The notes beneath the pieces are model-generated. The model did no database searches and had not been told where the DNA came from. It saw only the letters and a list, made by a program, of their open reading frames with translations. Both the position numbers and the translations under genes were made by a program. From an uncultured archaeon (GTDB lineage: Archaea > Asgardarchaeota > Lokiarchaeia > Sigyniarchaeales > SOKP01), in contig CAYLZE010000029.1 in NCBI GenBank assembly GCA_964388035.1, positions 1 through 49,350 of the forward strand: a stretch of DNA of 49,350 nt, read 5' to 3'. Shown here piece by piece: positions 37,117 through 45,248 of this stretch; the first letter of the stretch is position 1, and the number at the start of each line of letters is the position of its first letter.

Positions 37117-37761
37117 TTGATTTATAAGTTGTTTTTAATTGATTCAGAAAGTGGTATTTCTCTATTAGAAGTAAACATCAAAGAATTTCAAACGTCCGAT
37201 TTCTCTAAACGAATTGTTTTTCCCAATTTCTTTAAAGCTATTAATGAAACCATTGATAATATTCATACCGCCATGGCGAAAGGGAGAAAGGTAAATGAAA
37301 TGATACGTCTTATTGAATCAGAAGATTCGACGATCATTATCTATTATCATCCCCTATCTAGAATTTTATTTTGCTCGATATCTGATGCTGATGATGACAT
37401 AAGTCAACTGAAAGAAGTTATCCAGAAAATAGGCATGAGATTTTGGAAAAAACATCAATCGGATATTGACATTTTTAGAGCAACAACCGAGAAGACCAGA
37501 TTTTCCAGTTTTAAAATTGATATTGAAAATTTAACCATGGGAGGGAGGATTGGAGAAAACTTTCCCAAATTATTATTAATTAAAAATGTGTTAGAAAAAG
37601 TTCTGTCAATGGGCATAATTGATGATATAGATTATCAAGTTGCTTTAAAGTGTACGGGAGATAATTCTTCTCTTAAAATTGCCCGCCTATTAGATAAAAA
37701 AAGAAATGAGGTTCAGGAAATCCTAAAGAAACTAAAAGAGTTAGATATCATTTCGTTATAA
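37117..37761 (+). CDS. Longin-like domain + C-terminal winged helix protein
   Basis: LFLIDSESGISLL beta-hairpin and ILFCSISD strand typical of longins; C-terminal KIARLL...VQEILKKLKELDII helix-turn-helix. Confidence 0.7.
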   Translation: MIYKLFLIDSESGISLLEVNIKEFQTSDFSKRIVFPNFFKAINETIDNIHTAMAKGRKVNEMIRLIESEDSTIIIYYHPLSRILFCSISDADDDISQLKEVIQKIGMRFWKKHQSDIDIFRATTEKTRFSSFKIDIENLTMGGRIGENFPKLLLIKNVLEKVLSMGIIDDIDYQVALKCTGDNSSLKIARLLDKKRNEVQEILKKLKELDIISL

Positions 37762-37935
37762 GAAATAATAAGATTTTTCATATTAATTCCTATTTGTTCC
37801 TTGTAGTAGAAAGAATCGGAGGATAAACAGAACTCAAGGTTGAAAAGTGCTTCTCTTTCTTAAATCAATAGAAAAAAATAAAAACTTTCCATTTTTATTT
37901 TACTTGTTTTTTAAAGTGAAGAAAGGTTTCGTGAA

Positions 37936-38592
37936 ATGTCAGAAAAAATAATTGCTATCGTTAAATCTCCTTCTCAAGATAAACATTTACGAGAGGGAAA
38001 TGGGTTTTCGTTGGCTGAAATTCAGAAGGCGGGAAAAACAGTGAGCATGTTAGAAGCATTAGGGATAAAAGTGGATTATCGTAGAAAATCCGTGCATCAA
38101 TCTAATCTAGAAAAGTTGAATACCTTAATACCAAGTGAAAAAAAAGCAGTAAAAAGAGAACCCTTCAAACCTAAAGAAAAGAAAAAGAGAGCTCCTAAAC
38201 TTAAAGTTGAAAAGATCGTTGAAGAAGAGAGCAAAATAGAGGAGCCTAAGAAAGAGAAGATTAAAAAAGAGAAAGCTAAAAAGGAAAAACGTCCAGCGAA
38301 GAAAAAAGAAGTTAAAAAAGAAAAACCTTCCGAGAAAATAGAGAAAAAAGAAGAAATAATCGAGCACGACGTGATCGAAGAAGCCAAGGTCCCCGAAGAA
38401 GAACCCATTGCTCTTACAGAACTTACTGGTTGTGGTCCAGCAACTGCAAGTAAATTCGCCCAAATAGGAATTAGCAGCATCCAAGACTTAATAGAGGAAG
38501 ATCCGGAAGAATTAGTGTTGCTAACCAAGGGCGTATCGTTAGAAAGAATTAAAGAATGGCAAGATGAAGCAAAAAAGTTACTGGAAAGTTAA
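37936..38592 (+). CDS. rpl13e: 50S ribosomal protein L13e fused to a Lys/Glu-rich linker and HhH domain
   Basis: REGNGFSLAEI...GIKVDYRRKS...N (L13e); C-terminal LTELTGCGPATASKF (HhH). Confidence 0.85.
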   Translation: MSEKIIAIVKSPSQDKHLREGNGFSLAEIQKAGKTVSMLEALGIKVDYRRKSVHQSNLEKLNTLIPSEKKAVKREPFKPKEKKKRAPKLKVEKIVEEESKIEEPKKEKIKKEKAKKEKRPAKKKEVKKEKPSEKIEKKEEIIEHDVIEEAKVPEEEPIALTELTGCGPATASKFAQIGISSIQDLIEEDPEELVLLTKGVSLERIKEWQDEAKKLLES

Positions 38593-38645
38593 AAAAATAG
38601 CCAAAAAATCACTTTCTTTTGTATAAAATACTAATTTTTGCATTT

Positions 38646-39626
38646 TTAAATGCAAAATTCTCTATCTTTAAAGAATTCTTCAAAGCACTCACAACAAGGA
38701 ATTCCACAAGTAATTTGGTAGGTACCATAATCATTAACATTCCTCTCAACTTCCATTAATTCTAACAGTTTTTCCTTAATTTTCTTTTTTCGACTGTCTC
38801 GGCTGAAAAAGAATTTTTCAAGATAACTTCCATGATTTTCTTTTTTACATATAGGGCAGGTTGAATAGAAAATCAAAAAAGATCTAAATTCTTTTTTCTC
38901 TTTTTCGGATAAAGATTTAAACCGATAATTGGTTCCTCTCTGAAATTCTCCAATAAGTTCTGTTAATCTGTGAATTTCTAATAGTTGTTCAGCACGTAAT
39001 TTAATATCATGTTCTTTCGAGAACTGATTTGCATCTTGATTGGGGACCATCCTACTTGATGAAGATCTCAAGTTAGGGTCAGCATTTAAAAAATTTAATC
39101 GTTTGTGTTCTACTATTTCTCGATATTTCCCGTAAAAATATTCAGCAAGTTGCTGGAAGATTTTTGTTCTAAATCCTAAATTTTGTATTGAACCAAGAGA
39201 ATAACCCATTAAATTGTAGTAATGAACAAATCTTTCAATTTCTTCTAAAGAAACCTGCCAATCTAAATCAGATTTTGTACCTACTAAAAATAGTGGAATA
39301 CTATCATTAACTAAACGAATAGTTCTAATCCAATGAGGTAAGTAATCAAGGGTAAGCCGGTTAGATAGATCAAAAACTAAGATGGTGCCATTAACTCCTT
39401 GAAAAAAGTTTGGTGTTAAATTCATGAATTCAATTCTACTCTTCATATCCCATATCTGAAATACAAAATTTATTTCTTCATAGAGCAAATTCACGATTTG
39501 AAATGAAACCCCAATATTACAATTCCCTTCATAAAACTGTAGATTATTAAAGTTGCCCCCATTAAGGAAAGTAGATTTCCCAACATGTGGAAACCCAACG
39601 GCTAATATCTTAAAAACACTTGCCAT
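38646..39626 (-). CDS. Degenerate Rab-like GTPase with C-terminal Cys-rich zinc-binding domain
   Basis: FKILAVGFPHVGKST, IGVSF, FQIWD, ILVFDL, LVGTKSD; C-terminal CPIC...H...GIPCCEC. Confidence 0.8.
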   Translation of the reverse strand: MASVFKILAVGFPHVGKSTFLNGGNFNNLQFYEGNCNIGVSFQIVNLLYEEINFVFQIWDMKSRIEFMNLTPNFFQGVNGTILVFDLSNRLTLDYLPHWIRTIRLVNDSIPLFLVGTKSDLDWQVSLEEIERFVHYYNLMGYSLGSIQNLGFRTKIFQQLAEYFYGKYREIVEHKRLNFLNADPNLRSSSSRMVPNQDANQFSKEHDIKLRAEQLLEIHRLTELIGEFQRGTNYRFKSLSEKEKKEFRSFLIFYSTCPICKKENHGSYLEKFFFSRDSRKKKIKEKLLELMEVERNVNDYGTYQITCGIPCCECFEEFFKDREFCI

Positions 39627-39810
39627 GAGAAATTATTTTAACTTTATGTTCAATAAGCGGGGATTTATACTTATTGTTTACAATATAGATTTGAAGCTTT
39701 TATATTTTACGTGTTTGATTTTGTAATTTATCAAATGTTTCGATTATAACAAAATTTATTACATTTTTCGGCTTCTTCTTTTTAAAAGAATTCGTCTTTA
39801 CTACATTATA

Positions 39811-40302
39811 ATGGAGAAAACAAGTTACATTTACCAGAAAACAGAATCAAATATCGTTATCAATAAAATGCCCGTTTGGTTCGAGGAAGCCACAACAGAA
39901 GGAGATAACAAGAATGGATATATATCATGGAAAACACCCAATCAATATGATGAGATTTGGGGGTCTTTAGGCAACATGAATCTAGAATATTCTAGCCTGG
40001 AACGAGGTAAATTCTTTCATCCCAAGGAGGTACAGAGAACTATTGACCAATTTAATGCCATTAATGTTATCATATCTAAGAAGGAAAATGATTGGATCAA
40101 CTCTCACGAATTTACAATATGGTATGGAACCCGGAGAAAATTAATTCGAAGACGTTATTATAAAGAAAATTCCATTCATGGCATTTTTTATTGCGATGTG
40201 ACAGAACGTGTATTTTCAATTCATGCCGCAATAATTGAGGATCATTATGAAGGATTTAGACCATATTTGTTAAATTGTTTTAATTCAATCGCCTGTCATT
40301 AA
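39811..40302 (+). CDS. Hypothetical protein
   Basis: 163-aa ORF with normal composition; no confident family. Confidence 0.65.
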   Translation: MEKTSYIYQKTESNIVINKMPVWFEEATTEGDNKNGYISWKTPNQYDEIWGSLGNMNLEYSSLERGKFFHPKEVQRTIDQFNAINVIISKKENDWINSHEFTIWYGTRRKLIRRRYYKENSIHGIFYCDVTERVFSIHAAIIEDHYEGFRPYLLNCFNSIACH

Positions 40303-40337
40303 CCCGATTTATTACCCCTTTTATATCACTTTTTTTA

Positions 40338-41093
40338 TCATGAAGAAGCGGAATTGCATTTGCGTTCTTCTTTTCTGGCTAAGAGAAAAAAATTATCCTT
40401 GGAAGTGGGACCACCCATGGTCCGAAATTCTTCAATTTTAAAACAAATGAAATATCTTTTTATCTCTTTTTTAGAGAAAAAATGATAAAATCTGTAAATA
40501 GTGATCTTTTCTTTATTTACCACCCAAGGAATCTTTTGATCCCCGAAGTCGGGCAATCCTCGCTTTTTTTGCTTACGGGAATAGCCAGGAACTAAAATTC
40601 TTTTTATTATCTCGTAAAAAAAGTACTTTTTATATTTCTTTTGCCATCTTCTCCAGACAGTCATCAAGCAATGGCCATTGACTTGCAGTACTTCAAAAAT
40701 TTGGGTCATGACTGATAATCTCAAGGGCTCCGATTCGACATGATGAAAGCTAGCAATACAAAAAATGTTTTGAATGGATTCTTTCCGAATTGGCAATCCT
40801 TTCATATCTGCTTGTAGTAAATGAATGTGATATTTATTCCGGAGATTGATATTCGGATTATCCTTTATCCGTTTTTGGGCAATTTTCATGAACTTCCAAG
40901 AGTTATCAAGTCCTACCACATGACTATCCTCTTTACTAAATAATTCGAAATTTCTGCCATTTGCACATCCCATATCAAGACAAATTCCCTTAAATTGATG
41001 TCGTTTATCCTTTACATTATTCATGAATGTTATTAACGCTTTCCACGGTTTATTTCGTTTTAAAGCATAATCATCAGCAATTTCATTAAACAT
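40338..41093 (-). CDS. Trm9/ALKBH8-like SAM methyltransferase (putative tRNA wobble-uridine methyltransferase)
   Basis: FNEIADDY..KR.KPW, LDMGCANGR, IASFHH, VW, YRFYHFF match the Trm9-family pattern. Confidence 0.8.
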   Translation of the reverse strand: MFNEIADDYALKRNKPWKALITFMNNVKDKRHQFKGICLDMGCANGRNFELFSKEDSHVVGLDNSWKFMKIAQKRIKDNPNINLRNKYHIHLLQADMKGLPIRKESIQNIFCIASFHHVESEPLRLSVMTQIFEVLQVNGHCLMTVWRRWQKKYKKYFFYEIIKRILVPGYSRKQKKRGLPDFGDQKIPWVVNKEKITIYRFYHFFSKKEIKRYFICFKIEEFRTMGGPTSKDNFFLLARKEERKCNSASS

Positions 41094-41265
41094 GTAATCT
41101 CCTACTCGACATTAACTAAAGGCGGTCTAAATGATAGTATAGACTATTAATTAGAATTTATCCTTCTACTAAAAATAGTGGATTAATTAAAACATGTGAA
41201 CAATAATTAAAAAAAGTGAGAAAATTATTTTCTTTTAGTTAAATTAACATGAATTAATCATTTCT

Positions 41266-42021
41266 TTATTTTATAACCTTTTTTATGGAAATACCTCTCG
41301 CTGTAATGATTAGGGTATAAATTCCCGTTGAAGACGTCATTAAAGTAAATATACCTCGTTCAAAAACCCATGTGAGTGCTGCAAATAAGGTTAACCATTC
41401 CGAAAACATGACTAATTCTTCCGTGATGAAGGGAATGATTAAGGCTCCAATGGCGATCACGTTATAATAAATAAAAAACGAACCAACCACGAAACCCAGA
41501 AAAACTTGATACTTCGGAATGTCTTTACTTTTATACTCAAGAATTCCAAAGGTAATACACCAGAAAAAGCTTCCGTAAAAATAGAGAGATGCTGCAATTC
41601 CATGAAGCACTTCTGAAAGACTCAATGGAAATACTCCCACGAAAAACAACCCAATTAACGCACAGGCGCAAGAAATCTGTGCCAACTTTCTCAACGCTAC
41701 ATGAATCTCTTTTTTCTTAAGATCTCGAATTAAATAATATTGGAAGAAAAACAGGGATAAACTGGATAACATCATTCCAAGATTAAATGCAATGCTTGCC
41801 CCATTCGGTCCTCTCCCTAAATCACTGATCCAATTAGAGTAAAGAGTAAAATGATTAACGGAAGAATATAAGGCGTAAGCGAGGATAATCGAGATTATTG
41901 AAATGAAAGCCGATAGCACGGCAAAATACCCCGCATTTAAATTATGGTATAAATTTTCCATCATCAGATCCGATCTAATGAGAAAATCCTTTAACTCCTT
42001 TATTTGTTTTACTTCTTTCAA
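41266..42021 (-). CDS. DUF998 / Frag1-DRAM-Sfk1-like membrane protein
   Basis: NWISDLG, FNLG, VGVFP, LHGIAA, SEW. Confidence 0.82.
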   Translation of the reverse strand: MKEVKQIKELKDFLIRSDLMMENLYHNLNAGYFAVLSAFISIISIILAYALYSSVNHFTLYSNWISDLGRGPNGASIAFNLGMMLSSLSLFFFQYYLIRDLKKKEIHVALRKLAQISCACALIGLFFVGVFPLSLSEVLHGIAASLYFYGSFFWCITFGILEYKSKDIPKYQVFLGFVVGSFFIYYNVIAIGALIIPFITEELVMFSEWLTLFAALTWVFERGIFTLMTSSTGIYTLIITARGISIKKVIK

Positions 42022-42242
42022 CCCAAAACCCCCAATGACTAATAATTGAAGTTATTAAAGAGTAATACGATTAATAATCTTCATAATATTAATAAGATAA
42101 AAGGTATTTAAACCTATCTATCTTCCCTAAAACCCATTAGAGCACCACCATGGGTTTAACTTACTAAAAACGAGAGAGATAATTTGGAGTGTTAGCCGGA
42201 ATCTTTTTTTGTAACATTTGTTTTTTCCTGAATATTTTATGC

Positions 42243-43235
42243 CTATTGTTGAGAATTAGATTTCTTTTCTTTTGATTTCCTTTTCTTTTCTTTAGGTTGC
42301 TCTTTTTTTTCATTAGATCCTGTTTTCTCTGCCTCAAGTTGCGATGAGCTTTCTTTTAATTTTGGAGGCGCTTCTTCTAAGTCATCAACTTTTCCTTTTG
42401 ATCCCAATTTCTTTTCTTTTAGTTCCGTCTGGGATTTTTTAGTCTTTTTTTTAATAATATTCAAACGACTGAATACTTCTTTAAACTGTTCTGGATATTT
42501 ACTATAAACAAGGGAAATAATAGCAATCGCCACAATAAGAAGAAAAAAAATCAAGGAAATCCAATAATCATTAAATAGTACATACCCTAGAGGAAAAATG
42601 GTAAGACAATAACATGCGATTTGAATGACAGCTATTTTCTTTTTAGGCAAATAACGGATACAATATATAATTGAACATATAATCAAGATTACCAGAAAAA
42701 GACCGTATAGTTCAATATTATTTAACACAAATTCTTCCGTATCATTCGTTAAAACATAAATAAATGCAAAAAAAGAAGCAAGGGAAATTCCCGCCCCGAT
42801 GTAGGGAAAGATCAATAAAACCGCTAGAATTATCGTTCCTGCTATTAACTGAAATATTAAATTCTCCGAGGGCGGACCAACATAAACTTTAAAGGAATTA
42901 ATTAGGAGCAATATAAGGGGTAAGATATATAATATGGCTTGAATAACAAGGAGAAATCTAATTCTTCCCTTCAATCTTATTGCTAAATAGAGATAGAGGA
43001 ATGTAAAAACAGCCAGCAATATCATGAGAAGACTTATATGAATGTCATTTCCTATATCCCCGCTAACCACTAAAAAGTTTTCTACCGTTAGAATACCAAC
43101 AAAAAGTATGATCGAAATAACACTACCTGCTACGGGAATTACCAATAACAATGCAATCACAATAATAAAAATGATAAGAGCTTCAATAGATGCGGGATGA
43201 GTGGTAAAAAAATCTAAAAAATTTTGATATATCAT
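42243..43235 (-). CDS. Multi-pass membrane protein with internal duplication and Lys-rich tail
   Basis: Two similar halves (LLVIPVAGSVIS / LLIFPYIGAGIS; VIQAILY / VIQIACY); charged C-terminus. Confidence 0.7.
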   Translation of the reverse strand: MIYQNFLDFFTTHPASIEALIIFIIVIALLLVIPVAGSVISIILFVGILTVENFLVVSGDIGNDIHISLLMILLAVFTFLYLYLAIRLKGRIRFLLVIQAILYILPLILLLINSFKVYVGPPSENLIFQLIAGTIILAVLLIFPYIGAGISLASFFAFIYVLTNDTEEFVLNNIELYGLFLVILIICSIIYCIRYLPKKKIAVIQIACYCLTIFPLGYVLFNDYWISLIFFLLIVAIAIISLVYSKYPEQFKEVFSRLNIIKKKTKKSQTELKEKKLGSKGKVDDLEEAPPKLKESSSQLEAEKTGSNEKKEQPKEKKRKSKEKKSNSQQ

Positions 43236-43369
43236 GATTGACTTTTAAGCGAATCTCTATTTTTTTAATGCAATTTTTATTCCAAATTAATTTATAAAAT
43301 ACATCTTGCTTTATAAAGAGAGACCAATTTAAGGTATATCCTTTCTTTTTCAAATTCTGGCATTTTTCA

Positions 43370-44227
43370 CTAGTATTGAGATCGTTTTTTCATCAATTCT
43401 TCGAGATAAGCAATTTGTTTAGAAAAATCACATTGAATGGCACGCTGAGGGCACTTTAAATCACAAATATAACACCGATCACAATCCTTGATCCAACTCG
43501 GAAATGGATCAAGCACGATAGCATCCCATGGACATACGTCTGCACATAGACCGCATCTATTGCATTTTTCTTCTACCAAGTTAAATTTAGGAAACCAAGA
43601 TTGAATTCCTTCAAAACTCCACATTTTAGCCGAAAAATTTTCTTTACTCCAAAAATCTTGTTTCTCGGGAGTAGAGGGGTCTAATATTTTCTGAATCAAC
43701 CTCATGCCAAATTGTCTTGCATCTTCTAACTCGTCTTTATTAGGATGACCGTGCGAGGAGGGTAACCAACCATAATGCCCGTTTGAGTTTGGTTGATGTG
43801 CATACATTTGATGGACATCCCATCCCATCCATTTATCTTCTCCATCTATTATTTTGAGACCTTTCTTATTTAAGATTTCTTTCATTTGAAATAAAGTACT
43901 GCCGGGATTTCCCCCACTTGTACAAAAAAGAAATCCCTTCTTACCTTCTAAGGAAGGAAATGATCTTAATTCTTTTACAACATGATAAGGAGGATGGAAA
44001 TAATAAACGGGTACTCCAACCCCTATTAGATTATATTTTTCGAAAGAGAAAGATTGGATGAGTTTTAAATCAGTTTCATATTTGGTTAAAGGAATTAATT
44101 CACAGGCATTTTGGCTTGAACGAAGTCCTTCTGCGATTTTTTCTGCGATTCTCTTAGTATTTCCCGTTACAACTTGCGAAAAATAAAAAATCACGCTGGA
44201 TATTTTATTCTGCATTTTGAGCTTCAA
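43370..44227 (-). CDS. EFR1-type flavodoxin-ferredoxin fusion
   Basis: YFSQVVTGNT, GVPVYY, FCTSGG, HP; CNRCGLCADVCP and CDRCYICDLKCP. Confidence 0.9.
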   Translation of the reverse strand: MKLKMQNKISSVIFYFSQVVTGNTKRIAEKIAEGLRSSQNACELIPLTKYETDLKLIQSFSFEKYNLIGVGVPVYYFHPPYHVVKELRSFPSLEGKKGFLFCTSGGNPGSTLFQMKEILNKKGLKIIDGEDKWMGWDVHQMYAHQPNSNGHYGWLPSSHGHPNKDELEDARQFGMRLIQKILDPSTPEKQDFWSKENFSAKMWSFEGIQSWFPKFNLVEEKCNRCGLCADVCPWDAIVLDPFPSWIKDCDRCYICDLKCPQRAIQCDFSKQIAYLEELMKKRSQY

Positions 44228-44299
44228 TCCTTTCGATAAATTAGATTAGAACGAAAGTGGATAACTTATTTTTGAAGGGATATATTTCAATATCACAAT

Positions 44300-44953
44300 T
44301 TAATGAACGGATTTATTTTTTTCCAATTTCGACTTATCACCTAAATTAGATAGAGTAAGCAAGAAATTCTCCACAGTAGGTCTAATTTTTCCTTTTTCAA
44401 CTGCTTCATTCCATTTCTCCAGCAAGACCGCATTAGCATTCATTTCTTCCAGAGTGGTTTTCCCTATTTTGATCCATTCAAGCTCATCGATCATTGGAGC
44501 ATTAGGCGTAATCCCGGGACAATATTTTTTGGCTTTTTCGGTATAGTACATCTTTATCTTCCCTTTTGTTTTGTCCATCTTATTCAATAACAAGCGAAAG
44601 GAAAACGGGAACGTGCGACAGATCATGGGTCTGACGGGATATATCTTGCACTTTTTATTTTCCTCATCGTAGAAATAGCAAGCTCCTGAAGGTTTTTTCA
44701 AGATTCCAATGTACGCCTTTCCCTTCTCCGTGGTAAGAGGTGTCAGTACCATCTTCTCTTGATCTTCTTGATTATTAGCTTCTTCATATAAATAAAAACA
44801 TAAAATATGCTTGAGCTCCCCTTGCGTGAGACTTAACGCTTGTTTAATACGTAAAATATCAGAATAAGTCACGTTTACCAGCGTATTTTTATCAATGCAA
44901 CAATTTCCGCATCTCGTGCATTCAAACTTAAATTCTTTCTCGGTAGTGTCCAC
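44300..44953 (-). CDS. YkgJ family (CxxCxxCC) cysteine-cluster protein
   Basis: FECTRCGNCC, CYFY, CKIYPVRPMICRTFP, CPG. Confidence 0.9.
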   Translation of the reverse strand: MDTTEKEFKFECTRCGNCCIDKNTLVNVTYSDILRIKQALSLTQGELKHILCFYLYEEANNQEDQEKMVLTPLTTEKGKAYIGILKKPSGACYFYDEENKKCKIYPVRPMICRTFPFSFRLLLNKMDKTKGKIKMYYTEKAKKYCPGITPNAPMIDELEWIKIGKTTLEEMNANAVLLEKWNEAVEKGKIRPTVENFLLTLSNLGDKSKLEKNKSVH

Positions 44954-45248
44954 CTTTACCTCACGGTGGTTTAAAATAATTGAGTCCTATAACTATATAA
45001 TAATTAATCCCAATTATGCTTTTCCTTAAATTATTTATCTTTCTTTTTAAAAGAAAAAACCTTGAGAAATTAAAAGGGTATCATATCTAATTAAAATAGC
45101 AAGAACTATTTTGAAGTTATTTTAATAGTCTTTACGGTGGCTAAAATAAAGTGATGTGATTTTTAACATTTTAATAACCCGATCAAGAAAAAGATACAAG
45201 ATGTCCCATTTGGAAAAAACCAACTATTTATATTAATGTTTCGACTTT

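Noticed and set aside
7335-38528. Numerous 60-140 aa ORFs nested in or antisense to long genes (e.g. 7335, 9116, 14926, 21299, 31914, 38097, 38125)
   Set aside because: They overlap well-supported CDS and have no motifs; they are expected shadow ORFs.
42130-42157. Inverted repeat AAACCCAT-N12-ATGGGTTT upstream of the DUF998 gene
   Set aside because: A single 8-bp arm pair with no second instance seen; insufficient to call an operator.
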